A DNA stretch of 64,000 bases from Thermodesulfobacteriota bacterium (lineage in GTDB: Bacteria; Desulfobacterota; Desulfarculia; JACQYL01): the NCBI GenBank assembly GCA_963675595.2, contig CAXXLZ010000001.1, positions 576,001-640,000 of the forward strand, read 5' to 3'. The stretch's first letter is position 1. Every line of letters starts with the position of its first letter. The notes below the pieces were generated by a model. It searched no databases, was not told the origin of the DNA, and worked only from the letters and a program-made list of their open reading frames with translations. Made by a program: the position numbers and the translations under genes. Positions 17,596 through 27,528 of the stretch are shown here, one piece after another.

Positions 17596-18168
17596 ATGAA
17601 AGCGGCACTACTGATCATCGACCTGGTTCAAGACACGTTTAAGGAGCTTGGACACCTACCGGTCACCTCCAACGCACGCGCCATGTTGCCCGTTCTCAAC
17701 CGGCTCATCAATCAATGTCGAGACCGGGGGCTTCCCATCGTGTTCTCCATGGACAGCTTTCTTCGCGAGGACTTCCTGTTCAAAGGCAGGATGAAACCCC
17801 ACTCCATTCGAGGGACGGAAGGGGCCGGAGTCTATGAAGGGCTGGACTTCCAGCCGGGCGACGTGTTCTTGCCCAAACGAAGGTTTTCCGCCTTTTACAA
17901 GACGGACCTGGACCAGACCCTGCGCACCTGGGGCGTGGATACCGTTGCCGTGACGGGCATCATGACCCAAGTATGCGTCTTGGCCACTGCTCTGGACGCT
18001 CTGGCCAATGATTTTCGGTCGGTGATCGTCGAAGACTGCTGTGCCTCGGCAACCGAGGAAATGCATCGGAACTGCCTGGATCTGTATCGCAAGACTCCGG
18101 TATTCCCTTTGCTCCAGGTGTTGACGGCCCAAGCCTTTCTTGATCTCGTGGACGGAAAGGATGCCTGA
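17596..18168 (+). CDS. Isochorismatase/cysteine hydrolase family protein
   Basis: ALLIID, KRRFSAF, TGIMTQVCV. Start behind AGGAG. Confidence 0.9.
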   Translation: MKAALLIIDLVQDTFKELGHLPVTSNARAMLPVLNRLINQCRDRGLPIVFSMDSFLREDFLFKGRMKPHSIRGTEGAGVYEGLDFQPGDVFLPKRRFSAFYKTDLDQTLRTWGVDTVAVTGIMTQVCVLATALDALANDFRSVIVEDCCASATEEMHRNCLDLYRKTPVFPLLQVLTAQAFLDLVDGKDA

Positions 18169-18439
18169 AGAGTAGAGGAGAAGAGAAGGGGTCGGTCGAT
18201 TCGTCCGTGTTCGCGGGGTGTTCGGGGAAACCTTCCCCATACTTGTTGAACGGCTTGCTCGCTGCGCCTCGCGGCCAGGGTCAAAGGCTCTCTCTGAACG
18301 AGCTTCCAGGGCCGAAATCATCCGATTCCTCGACGAAAGCATCGCGCTTTAAGAATGCCTTGATGTGCCTCGCTCCGCCGGTGCGCGACGAAGCCGTACT
18401 AAGACGCTGGAAATTAATGAGCAACTTTGTTTCCCCCTC

Positions 18440-18532
18440 AGGCCCTCCGCCGAAGGCGGTGAGGCCCGCTTGAAATGTCTAGGGGGGTGCACGGGGGGAA
18501 CTTTTGAAAAAGTTCCCCCCGTGAACGATTAC
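18440..18532. repeat. Intergenic palindromic repeat family B
   Basis: CCGCCGAAGGCGGTGAGGC plus CACGGGGGGAACTTTTGAAAAAGTTCCCCCCGTG. Related copies near 34110-34270, 39060-39130, 40050-40130, 40610-40750 and 43380-43560. Confidence 0.75.
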
Positions 18533-18539
18533 GTCGATT

Positions 18540-19661
18540 CTACCGGGAAAAGGGCTCCTCGTCCTCGGGGTCCAATGAGTCCGACTGTGCAAGCATGGCC
18601 TCTACGACCTTCTTCACGTCTTCCAGGCGGTCCTTACGAGCCACCAGGGTCCTGGATCCCGCCCGGACCACCACCACGTCGTCGACCCCTACGACGGCCA
18701 ATGTTTCCTTGGGATGCTCGCAGAACAGCAGATTTCCCCGAGCGTCCAACGTGTGGACGCGCCCCTTGACGTAATTTCCGTGGGCGTCGCATTCCAACGA
18801 ATCCTGCATGGCGGGCCATCCGCCCACGTCTTTCCAGGAAAATTCACCGACGACGCAGCGGACGTCGCGAGCCTTTTCCATGACGGCAAAGTCGATGGAA
18901 ATTCGTTCAATAAGGGCGAAACCCTTCTGTAGGGCGGTATCCCGATCTCGGGTCTCCATTTGCTCAACAGCCCGGCTGAGATGCTCGACGTGGTCGGGCA
19001 GATGGAGGGTCAGCTCCTCGAGGACCGCTTCCGCAGTCCAAACGAACATGCCCGAATTCCACAAATACCTGCCTGACTCCAGGTACCGGCTTGCGGTTGC
19101 CGCATCCGGTTTTTCCCTGAAGGACACAAGCCGAAAGTGTTCCGTCGATCCGTTTCCAGGGAGTCTTTCTCCGACCTCCAGGTAGCCGTAGCCTTGGGCC
19201 GGGTGAGTCGGCTTGATGCCGAAGGTGTAAAGAGCTCCGCTCCGTCTTGCCGCTTTTGCCGCGGAAATCATGGTTCGCTGAAACGAACCGACGGGTTCGA
19301 TCAAATGATCCGCCGTCAACACGACGATCACCGGGTTTCCGAAGCGTTTATTCGCCAGTAACGCGCCGAGGCACACCGCGGCGGCCGTATCCTTACGTTC
19401 GGGCTCCCCGAAGATGTTCTCCATCGGCAGCTCGGGAAGCTGTTCCTCAACCAGGTGGGTGTAGTCCGCATTGGTCAGGACCAAGATTCGATCGTCCGGC
19501 ACGATGCCGGCCACACGATCGTAGCTCATCCGGAGCAGACTCCGATCGTCGAAAAGCCGGGTGAACTGCTTGGGCCTTTCACGGGTGCTGAGGGGCCAGA
19601 AACGGGTGCCCATGCCCCCGGCCAGGATTACGGCCACCAGGTTGTTGTCCACTCCTTCCAT
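18540..19661 (-). CDS. manC: Mannose-1-phosphate guanylyltransferase
   Basis: ILAGGMGTRFWPLS...PKQF, EPERKDTAAA, GYGY, FREKP, WNSGMF, ISIDFAVMEK. Confidence 0.93.
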   Translation of the reverse strand: MEGVDNNLVAVILAGGMGTRFWPLSTRERPKQFTRLFDDRSLLRMSYDRVAGIVPDDRILVLTNADYTHLVEEQLPELPMENIFGEPERKDTAAAVCLGALLANKRFGNPVIVVLTADHLIEPVGSFQRTMISAAKAARRSGALYTFGIKPTHPAQGYGYLEVGERLPGNGSTEHFRLVSFREKPDAATASRYLESGRYLWNSGMFVWTAEAVLEELTLHLPDHVEHLSRAVEQMETRDRDTALQKGFALIERISIDFAVMEKARDVRCVVGEFSWKDVGGWPAMQDSLECDAHGNYVKGRVHTLDARGNLLFCEHPKETLAVVGVDDVVVVRAGSRTLVARKDRLEDVKKVVEAMLAQSDSLDPEDEEPFSR

Positions 19662-19690
19662 GGGATCTCCGCGCATGTTGAGTCGTGCCT

Positions 19691-19915
19691 ATTCACGGGG
19701 TGCGCCGCAGGGGAACGCCGTCCCCCTGCACCCCCTGCCGGGGGACTCATGGCCCCCCGGACCCCCGTTGCGCTTCTGCGAATCGCGTACGCGATTCGAA
19801 AAACGAGCGGCATCTTCCGTCCAACATATTGAAACGCCTAAAGTTGTTAGGAAGGAGCCCGAGGGAACCCCTTTTTTTGAAAAGGGTTCCCTCGGATATC
19901 CCTCTGAATACTCAC
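19691..19915 (+). repeat. MITE-like repeat family A, about 225 bp, copy 1
   Basis: Colinear similarity with 36122-36344 (inverted) and with 51761-53347 (IS-interrupted). Several internal hairpins. Confidence 0.85.
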
Positions 19916-19962
19916 GTTGAGTCTATGCCGATGGAGCCGTTCCGCTTTGACCCTCTCCGGCA

Positions 19963-20319
19963 TCAGGTCCGGCCATAGTCATCCTCGGACCTTTCGATAT
20001 CGTCCTCTCCGAAGTACTCGCCGGTCTGGACTTCAATGAACACCAGATCATCCGCGCCCGGGTTTCGGACCCGATGCCAGGTTTGTACGGGCAGGTCCAA
20101 AGATCGGCCTACGGTCAACTCGATTTCTTCGTGGTTCTTGGTGACCACCGCACTGCCGCTGATGACGTACCAGTGCTCGGAACGATGAAAATGACGTTGA
20201 TAGCTCAGCCTTTGGGCTGGATAAACGGTAATTCGTTTCACCTTGTGGTTTGGACGATCGGACAGAACTTCGAAAAAACCCCAGGGTCTATGGTCCTCTT
20301 GCCGGTTCTCTCGGGTCAT
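19963..20319 (-). CDS. Mannose-6-phosphate isomerase type II cupin domain protein
   Basis: RPWG, LSYQRHFHRSEHW, IEVQTGEYFGEDDIER..DDYGR. Confidence 0.92.
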   Translation of the reverse strand: MTRENRQEDHRPWGFFEVLSDRPNHKVKRITVYPAQRLSYQRHFHRSEHWYVISGSAVVTKNHEEIELTVGRSLDLPVQTWHRVRNPGADDLVFIEVQTGEYFGEDDIERSEDDYGRT

Positions 20320-20731
20320 CTATTGCTCCGTGTTCATGGAGGAGGCCCTGCTGATCCGTTCGTTCGAGGCGCTCGCCGCAGACGGGCTTCACGGCTTTCC
20401 ACCCATGACGCATTGGGAGGACTCGGTTCACGGGAGGATTGAAATGCAACGGGCGCTCCTGAAAAGCGCCTTCGCCGCGCCCTCGAGGACGGTCCGCGTT
20501 CGCATCGCGCCGTGCCTGCGTTTCTGCGGCCCGACAGGACTATACTTTACCCATATCGATTCTCTTGGCAACAAAGATCGACGAGAGGCGCCGATTGATT
20601 TGGGGGATTTCGCCGGAGAGGTGGGCGGATACTGGAAAGAGAAGGGGATGATACGAGGGTTCGTTTGGGGCGGCTCCAAAGCCGTGCCGTACGAACCCTC
20701 GCGTATGCATGTGCATGCATGGGTTCCAAGA

Positions 20732-21877
20732 TTACAGCAACGCGGCTGCTTCCGCCCGGATGCCTGCTTGTGAGGCGACGTCGAGAAATCTCTTGAGTCC
20801 TTCCTTGGACGAATCCGTTTGGATGGTAACCCATCGGGAGAGTTTGGCCAAGGCTTGGCCGGTCTCGATAATTTCACGGCTCATTTCCACGCCTTTTCCG
20901 ATATTCTCCGCTTTGCCCACCAAGTAGAGAACGGCGCCCGCATTGAGGCAGGTCATGTCGACGCACTCGGGATGTCCGGTTCCGGTGATGACCTTCATGA
21001 ATCGGACGAGTTCCTTGTGGATATCCCCCGTCGCCGCGATGGATGGGTAGTCGGCCCGCTCGAGCCCCACATCCTCGGGTGCCAGAAGGAAGGTCTGTTC
21101 GTCCCCGTCGGTGGTGAATTCGTGCACCAGAGTCTCGCCGAGAATCGACATCTCATCCATTCCCTTCTTTTTTTCGGCATCAAACCCGTGCACCACCATG
21201 GCACGCTGATACCCGATATCCTTCATCACATGGCTTACTTTGGGGACGAGCTCCTCCGCATAGACTCCTCGCAAGCCGTGTGTGGGGCGACAGGGACTTG
21301 CCAGAGATGCGGCGATATTGAGCGTGGATCCAAAACGAATCTGACTCAGGATCCGTCCCAGCGATTGGGGGTGGACCTTGGAACTCATGCCGTTGAACAG
21401 GCCGATGCCCTCTTTTCGGATGCTTTCCGCCACCTTATCCACTTCGCACTCGACGTCGATGCCGATGCCTTCAAGCAGGTCCACCGTGCCGCAGGAGGAA
21501 GTCAGGGCTCTGGCTCCGTGGCGTGCCATTCGTGCGCCGCCCGCGGCGGCGACCACGGATGCGGCGGTGCTTACGTTGAACGTCTTGAGCTGATCCATAC
21601 CGGTTCCCGAGTTCTCGACGATGGGGGCGTCCAGTTCGCCCTCAACGGCCGCCGTATCGAGTTCCACAATAGCCTGCCAGGCACCGGCGATTTCCTGGTA
21701 GGTCTCCCCCTTGGAAACGAGAGCCGAGAGAAACGCGCCCTGTTGCAGGTCCGGCTGTTGATTCAGCAGAATGCTGCGGAACATCTCGTAGCTCTCATTA
21801 CGGCTCAGGTCCTCTTTTCGGATGAGCTTCTGGATGTTCGCACCGAACGATTTCAATGATTCTTCCGACCAACTCAT
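20732..21877 (-). CDS. TrpD-like (glycosyltransferase family 3) phosphoribosyltransferase, divergent
   Basis: NSGTGMD..KTFNVST, RHGARALTSSCGTVDLLE, VVHG...GMDE, LNAGAVLY. Not located in a trp operon. Confidence 0.85.
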   Translation of the reverse strand: MSWSEESLKSFGANIQKLIRKEDLSRNESYEMFRSILLNQQPDLQQGAFLSALVSKGETYQEIAGAWQAIVELDTAAVEGELDAPIVENSGTGMDQLKTFNVSTAASVVAAAGGARMARHGARALTSSCGTVDLLEGIGIDVECEVDKVAESIRKEGIGLFNGMSSKVHPQSLGRILSQIRFGSTLNIAASLASPCRPTHGLRGVYAEELVPKVSHVMKDIGYQRAMVVHGFDAEKKKGMDEMSILGETLVHEFTTDGDEQTFLLAPEDVGLERADYPSIAATGDIHKELVRFMKVITGTGHPECVDMTCLNAGAVLYLVGKAENIGKGVEMSREIIETGQALAKLSRWVTIQTDSSKEGLKRFLDVASQAGIRAEAAALL

Positions 21878-21891
21878 TTCTCACGTCTCCT

Positions 21892-22875
21892 TTAACGATT
21901 TCTGCTCGGATAGAGGAGGACCTTCATGCCCAGGCGATTTTCGACGATTTTGAGCGCTTCCTCCAGCTCGCCCAGACCCATGCGATGCGAAATGAGGTCC
22001 TTGACGGGGACTTCTCCCTCGGCAATGGCACGCAAAGCCTCGATGCCGTGTCTGAAGCTGCAGCCATAGGCGCCTACAATTGTCTGCTCGTGGTAGTGCA
22101 ACTGGTTGAAGCTCACGGGAAGTTCATCCTCCGACGGATGCAGCCCGGAGAACACCACTAGGCGACCGCGCGGATTCATTGCCCCAAGCGCCTCCCGATA
22201 GGCTTGCACGGAACCTACCGCCACAATGCAGGCGTCGAATTTCTTCTTCCCGGGGCTCGCCATGCCGCCGGCGATTTCTCGACGACGCTCATCCGGTTCT
22301 ATGGGAAAAGGTTCGGCTCCCATGGAACGTGACGCTCTCGCCAACAAGGTTCCCGCGGGTCCGGCACCCCAGATTCCCACGGTGTCGCCCCGTTGGAGGC
22401 GCGCCAGTTCGAGCGCATTGAGGCAACAGGAAAGCGGTTCCGCAAATACGGCCTGCTCCGCGCTGAGACCCTCGTGAACGGGAATAACACTCCTTGCCGG
22501 GGCGATGACGTATTGAGCGAAGCCGCCATCTCGATGAAACCCCATGATCTGCATGCCGCGACAGAGGTTTTCCGCGCCTCTCAGACAAGCCGGGCATTCG
22601 CCGCACCAAACGCCCGGATACACATAAACCCGTTGACCCTCTTTCAGATCGGCGACATGATCACCCCTCTTGCGCACGATCCCAACGACTTCCTCACCGG
22701 GGACTCTCGGCAAGGTGAGATCGCGATGACCCACCCTGATGATCTTGAGGTCCGTGCGACAAAGGCCGGTTACTTCCACTTCTATGAGTACCTCGTCGTC
22801 CTCGATGTCCCGTACCGGCAGGTTCGCCTGTTCAAAATCCCCGATTGTTCTGACCAGAACGGCCGACATTTCCAT
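21892..22875 (-). CDS. Zn-dependent medium-chain alcohol dehydrogenase (Tdh/sorbitol dehydrogenase-like)
   Basis: GLCRTD, PGEE (in place of GHE), CGECPACLRGAENLC, EPLSC, GAGPAG. Confidence 0.9.
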   Translation of the reverse strand: MEMSAVLVRTIGDFEQANLPVRDIEDDEVLIEVEVTGLCRTDLKIIRVGHRDLTLPRVPGEEVVGIVRKRGDHVADLKEGQRVYVYPGVWCGECPACLRGAENLCRGMQIMGFHRDGGFAQYVIAPARSVIPVHEGLSAEQAVFAEPLSCCLNALELARLQRGDTVGIWGAGPAGTLLARASRSMGAEPFPIEPDERRREIAGGMASPGKKKFDACIVAVGSVQAYREALGAMNPRGRLVVFSGLHPSEDELPVSFNQLHYHEQTIVGAYGCSFRHGIEALRAIAEGEVPVKDLISHRMGLGELEEALKIVENRLGMKVLLYPSRNR

Positions 22876-22975
22876 GGTCCGATTCCTCTCGGCGAGACGT
22901 ATACTCTTGCAGTGACGGCCCCGAGGTATACGTCCCTGCGCGAAAATTTCTCGAGGCCCTGAACAAACAAGCACG

Positions 22976-23019
22976 AAAAAAAGGGTTCCGACAGCCGAAA
23001 CCGGCCATCGGAACCCTTT
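22976..23019 (-). terminator. Intrinsic terminator, riboswitch expression platform
   Basis: Minus strand AAGGGTTCCGATGGCCG-GTTT-CGGCTGTCGGAACCCTT followed by a T run, located in the leader between aptamer and start codon. Confidence 0.8.
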
Positions 23020-23049
23020 GCCATCGGATTCCTTACCTATCGAAGCGTC

Positions 23050-23215
23050 GGTCGTCTTCTGACTTCCAGGTCTTCCGCAAGATCGACGCCTTCCCATACC
23101 GGTACGTCTTGCGCCCGATACAGTGGCTTAACTCCGGATCTGCGTCCCCGGTTACAGCGGCGGGACCGTCACGGATTTACACCGTGTTCCGTTACCGAAC
23201 TTCTAGACTTTATGT
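23050..23215 (-). ncRNA. Cobalamin (AdoCbl) riboswitch
   Basis: Minus strand GGAACACGGTGTAAATCCGTGACGGTCCCGCCGCTGTAA...GCCACTG...GGGAAGGC...GAAGTCAGAAGAC, the canonical B12-element motifs in order. Confidence 0.92.
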
Positions 23216-23309
23216 CTATTAGGTGTAAACGAAGAAGTCAAGATATCTTTGGCGGAACGTCCCTTGTCACACACCGCCCACGATCGGCCGTGAGCGGGCC
23301 GGCTCAGAC

Positions 23310-26009
23310 TCAATCGGAGGCATCCAATACGTTGCGAATCGTCCTTATGAAATGACCGAGATCCAGAGGCTTCATCATGTATTCTTTAATCCCCGCCCGC
23401 TTCGCCCGGTCCGCGTCCAATCGATCATTATGGCCGGAACAGATGATAACGGGGATGTCGGGACGAATTTTCATGGCCTCCATCGCCAAGCGATCTCCCG
23501 GCATCTCCGGCATGGACATGTCCGTGATGATCAAATCGAATGCGTCGGATTCCGCCTGAAAGAAATTCAGCGCTTCCTTGCTGCTTGTCTTTCCCACCAC
23601 TGTGTATCCATGCCGTTCAAGCATCTGCGTAAGGAGACTGACGAGGGAGGGTTCATCATCCACCAGCAGGATATGCTCGTTCCCCTTGGGAGGATCGGAA
23701 CCTTCAACGGCTTGGGTATCGGCCCGGAGATCGGTTTTGGGAAGCCATACTTCGGCCGTCGTCCCTTTCCCGATTTCGCTCGTCAGTGTGATCAAGCCAT
23801 TGTGTTTTTCCACGATACCGAACACCACGGCCAGCCCCATGCCCAAACCTTTGTCCACGTCCTTGGTGGTGAAATAGGGATCGAATACACGATCCATGAT
23901 ATCAGGATCGATACCGCTGCCGGAATCCTTCACGGATAGTCTCACGTATTCACCCGCAGTCAAGCGGTCATAGTGAGAAGCGGCTTGTTCATCGAGGACA
24001 ACGGGTTCCAGCATCACTTCCAAAACGCCGGTTTCGTCTCCCATGGCATGCACCGAGTTGCTGCACAGATTCATGAGGATCTGGTTGATTTCCGTGGGAT
24101 TGGCCAGAACGATCTCGGATTCACAGGAAATCCTCTGCCGGATTTCGATGGTGGAAGGGATCGTCGAACGAATCAATTTCATAGATTCTTTGACCGTCTC
24201 GCAGATATCGATGGGCTTTCTTGTATCCGGCGTCTTGCGGGCGAACGTCATAATTTGTCGTACGACCTCTTTTGCGCGGAAAGAGGCGGTCAGTATTTCC
24301 TGCAAACATTCTCCGGCGGGATCGGATTTGGGTACGTCGAGCATGGAGAGTTCGGCATTTCCCAAGATAATTCCCACGATGTTGTTGATTTCATGAGCGA
24401 TACCGCCCACAAGTGTGCCGATGGCCTCCATTTTGTGGGCCTGACGCAGCTGCGCTTCGAGTTCCTCCTTTTCAGCTTCCGCCCGCTTGCGCTCGGTGAT
24501 GTCGCGGAAACTCCACACCCTTCCAATGGTCTCATTGCCCAGGATCTGGGGTCGCGAATAGCGTTCGAAGATGCGCCCGTCCCTGAACTCGATCGTGTCG
24601 AAGCTCTTGGCTTCAGGGTGCCCGTGTAATTCCCCGATGGTCCCAAATGAAAGCTCGGGGGCCCGCAATTCGTCGAGCACATAGGCCAGGGCCCGATCGT
24701 CGTCCCCGGAACGAAGGCCGGCATCCGGTATCTTCCACATTTCCAGGAAGCGTTGATTGAACAGCCGGATCTCTCCATTGCGATCCACCACCAGAATTCC
24801 ATCGGCGGTCGCTTCGAGCGTTGCCTGAAGCTGCGAAAGAAACTCGTCCCTTTGCTCTTCCGCCCGCCTTCGATCCTCCTCGATCTCAATGTTGTGGAGT
24901 GCAAAGGCGATGTCGTCGACCACTTCTCGAATCAAGGCTTGCTCTTCCTCGTCCTCGGCTAGGTGCGAAGGGATGGATGCGCACAACCATCCGTAAAGCT
25001 GGTCTTCGTACTGCAGCCGAAGAGTCATTCCCGCTCTGCCGTCGTACTCCGAGGCCAAAGAACAATCAGTGCAGGTCGAAGTGGGATACTGGGTGACGAT
25101 CGGGTCCACCTCTCGAAGTACTCGGCGAGTGCAATCGGGAAACTCTCCCTGTTCCATTCGTTCAATCAACGGAAGAAACGCATCACCCAGTCCTGCCTCG
25201 GCGGTCGCCTTCAGGCCGCCCGCCTCGTCCTTCAGGGCAATCCAGGTATTGAAATAACCGCGACTTTCCACGAGCAGATCGCAGGCCCCTTGAAGCAAAC
25301 GGTCTCGGTGATTTTCCCTGACGATGAGCTTATCGACGCGGCTTACGGCCCGCAGCACACGATTGAGGTGCGCCACTTTTTCTTCCGCCTGCCTGCGTTG
25401 GATGATTTCTCGTCGAAGGTGTTCGTTGGTCTTTCTGAGCTCCGCCGTGCGTTCCTCCACCAACGCTTCCAAGTGACGGCGATGTTGCGTCAGCTCTCTT
25501 TCCGACGCCAGGCGTGAGGCCGTGGTTCCCACCAAACCGGCCACGGCCAGATAAACATCGAGCAGGTCTTTGGAGAACGGCTTCGTGGTCTTTTGGCCAA
25601 CGAGCATGACTTCCGTAACCTGATTCTCGCGGAGCACGGGTAGAAAAGCACCGGCAAGCGGATCGGCTGCGGAAATGGTCCTCGTTGTGAGGAAGCCGCT
25701 GTCCATGGTTTCCACGGCCGCCTCCACGATTTCCGATTCACTCTTTTTTCGATCGGACTCTGAGAATCCGAGCACGTTCACAAGGCTGGGGAGATCTTTT
25801 CCCACCCCTTGACGCGAGACATCCCAATGCCGAACACTAATGATCCCGTCGGAGCGCCGAGCCCAGAAAGCAACCAGGTGTGCGCCAAAAAAACTGCGCA
25901 GGGCTTTTCCCGCTTCGGTCCACACATCCTGTTGTGTCGTCAGTCCCCCTAAATACTGCGCCAACCGGATGACCGGGTAATTCTCTTGACCGCCATAGGC
26001 GTTCCCCAT
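23310..26009 (-). CDS. Hybrid sensor histidine kinase (GAF-like, GAF, PAS, HisKA, HATPase, REC)
   Basis: KMEAIGTLVGGIAHEINN, NLCSN, DSGSG, FDPYFTTK, GLGMGL, LVDDE...ITDMSMP. Confidence 0.93.
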   Translation of the reverse strand: MGNAYGGQENYPVIRLAQYLGGLTTQQDVWTEAGKALRSFFGAHLVAFWARRSDGIISVRHWDVSRQGVGKDLPSLVNVLGFSESDRKKSESEIVEAAVETMDSGFLTTRTISAADPLAGAFLPVLRENQVTEVMLVGQKTTKPFSKDLLDVYLAVAGLVGTTASRLASERELTQHRRHLEALVEERTAELRKTNEHLRREIIQRRQAEEKVAHLNRVLRAVSRVDKLIVRENHRDRLLQGACDLLVESRGYFNTWIALKDEAGGLKATAEAGLGDAFLPLIERMEQGEFPDCTRRVLREVDPIVTQYPTSTCTDCSLASEYDGRAGMTLRLQYEDQLYGWLCASIPSHLAEDEEEQALIREVVDDIAFALHNIEIEEDRRRAEEQRDEFLSQLQATLEATADGILVVDRNGEIRLFNQRFLEMWKIPDAGLRSGDDDRALAYVLDELRAPELSFGTIGELHGHPEAKSFDTIEFRDGRIFERYSRPQILGNETIGRVWSFRDITERKRAEAEKEELEAQLRQAHKMEAIGTLVGGIAHEINNIVGIILGNAELSMLDVPKSDPAGECLQEILTASFRAKEVVRQIMTFARKTPDTRKPIDICETVKESMKLIRSTIPSTIEIRQRISCESEIVLANPTEINQILMNLCSNSVHAMGDETGVLEVMLEPVVLDEQAASHYDRLTAGEYVRLSVKDSGSGIDPDIMDRVFDPYFTTKDVDKGLGMGLAVVFGIVEKHNGLITLTSEIGKGTTAEVWLPKTDLRADTQAVEGSDPPKGNEHILLVDDEPSLVSLLTQMLERHGYTVVGKTSSKEALNFFQAESDAFDLIITDMSMPEMPGDRLAMEAMKIRPDIPVIICSGHNDRLDADRAKRAGIKEYMMKPLDLGHFIRTIRNVLDASD

Positions 26010-26019
26010 GATTCGCCCC

Positions 26020-27525
26020 TTACACAGGTCCCAGATACAGGTTTTCCACAAAGAAATCGTCGAACTCAGGGCAGTTCGTCAGATGAATCAATTCGGCTCG
26101 TTCCCCCACGTCTTTCAGACGTTGGACGGAAGAGGGGCACAGCAGTGCCTCCTCGCATCCCAACAAGGCCGTATTTCCGCACAGTTCGATCCGATCGGAT
26201 GGAATGCACGGCAACAGCCCAATGGCCTGTGCGCCGGCGACATTGAGCCGGCGGCTGAAAGTCCCCGAAACACAGATGCGTTGCAGGTCTTCGTTTCCCA
26301 AACCGGCCTTTGCTTCCAAGACCCTTACGGCCCCGCAGACGGCGGCTTTGGTCTCTTGGAACTCCGTCACGTCTTCTTGCGTGAGGACAATGGTCCGTTC
26401 GTCATGCACCAGAGAGAACCCCTCTTGTGGAACGGTCGATGTGAAGCGACCCGTGGGGCTCAAGACGCGGGAGCCCACAAGGCGGGCTATCACATCGATG
26501 AGTTGGGCGCCTTCGACGGCGAAACCTGACCCTTCCGATCCCGATGCCGTCTGCCGAACTCGGTTGATCGCCGATCCCGCAAACGGAGGGTTCTTGGCGG
26601 GTGATGTGACTCTCAGCACTCGTCCGTCCCACAAGGCGATGCCCGAAGCGAAGTCCAGGTCCATGAAGAGGCCGGGGCTTTCGTCCTCAAGGAGACCTGA
26701 GGCCATGACGCCTGCAAGCAGGTGAGAGCCTCCCTGTTCTTTCAAAGGCGGCACGATCTCGACTTCGGCTTCCGGATGAATGGCCCACTGGCCCGCCCAG
26801 TCTCGTGCAGGTTCCGGACGGCCGCGAGCCCGATCCGACGACGAGGTCTCCGCCGCGGCATTCCCCACCAGCGCGACCCGCACCACTCGGCCGAGATCGA
26901 TTCCTTCCCGAACGGCGATGTCCCAAAGCCCCTCTTTCACGGCTTCCAAGGTGCGGCGGCCTAAGGCTATGCCGCCCAAAAGGGATTCGGGATCGTTGGT
27001 TGACCCCGCTGCATCATCCGGATCCGGGTCGTCGGGCGCATATGGGCCGTAACGTCCTGCCAGGCGTTTGCCGTCGCCGAGATCACACAAAGAAAGACCG
27101 ATGTCGATGGGACCGACGTCCACAGCGGCACCGCAGGGCCTTTGGACCCCCTGGGGCAGGTCTTGTCTCAAATCCTCCTCGGGAAGTCTCTTGCACCGCT
27201 CACGATTGATGTCCAAGGGCCTCCACACGGACTCCGGCGTCGGTGCCGGGATCGTCACCCACAGGTCTTCTTCGGGTATTACCTGGCACGCCAGTCGGAT
27301 GCCCCGGGCCAGTTCCTCGGTGTTCAGGTGCAGGCGTTCTGCGGTATTGGGCGCTCCCACATTCCCCTTTTCGATAGATACCCGGCAGAGCCCGCATCCG
27401 CCGATTCCGCTGCATCCCGAGCGGACTCCGGCGCCTGCGGCATCCAGTATCCGACGCAAAGAGGGCCCGGAGACAAAGGATATCCTTCGTTCTCCATCTG
27501 CCCGCCTGACGGTTAATATGGGCAC
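26020..27525 (-). CDS. Degenerate ASKHA/RACo-like protein with 2Fe-2S domain
   Basis: CSGIGGCGLC...RLACQ is intact and GNTALLG is present, but the ATPase motifs are altered (VDVGPID, MDLDFASG). Confidence 0.8.
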   Translation of the reverse strand: MPILTVRRADGERRISFVSGPSLRRILDAAGAGVRSGCSGIGGCGLCRVSIEKGNVGAPNTAERLHLNTEELARGIRLACQVIPEEDLWVTIPAPTPESVWRPLDINRERCKRLPEEDLRQDLPQGVQRPCGAAVDVGPIDIGLSLCDLGDGKRLAGRYGPYAPDDPDPDDAAGSTNDPESLLGGIALGRRTLEAVKEGLWDIAVREGIDLGRVVRVALVGNAAAETSSSDRARGRPEPARDWAGQWAIHPEAEVEIVPPLKEQGGSHLLAGVMASGLLEDESPGLFMDLDFASGIALWDGRVLRVTSPAKNPPFAGSAINRVRQTASGSEGSGFAVEGAQLIDVIARLVGSRVLSPTGRFTSTVPQEGFSLVHDERTIVLTQEDVTEFQETKAAVCGAVRVLEAKAGLGNEDLQRICVSGTFSRRLNVAGAQAIGLLPCIPSDRIELCGNTALLGCEEALLCPSSVQRLKDVGERAELIHLTNCPEFDDFFVENLYLGPV

Positions 27526-27528
27526 GGA

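Noticed and set aside
20732-21877. Calling this gene trpD
   Set aside because: Substrate motifs are altered, there are no trp neighbours and it is under B12 riboswitch control, so the symbol was withheld.
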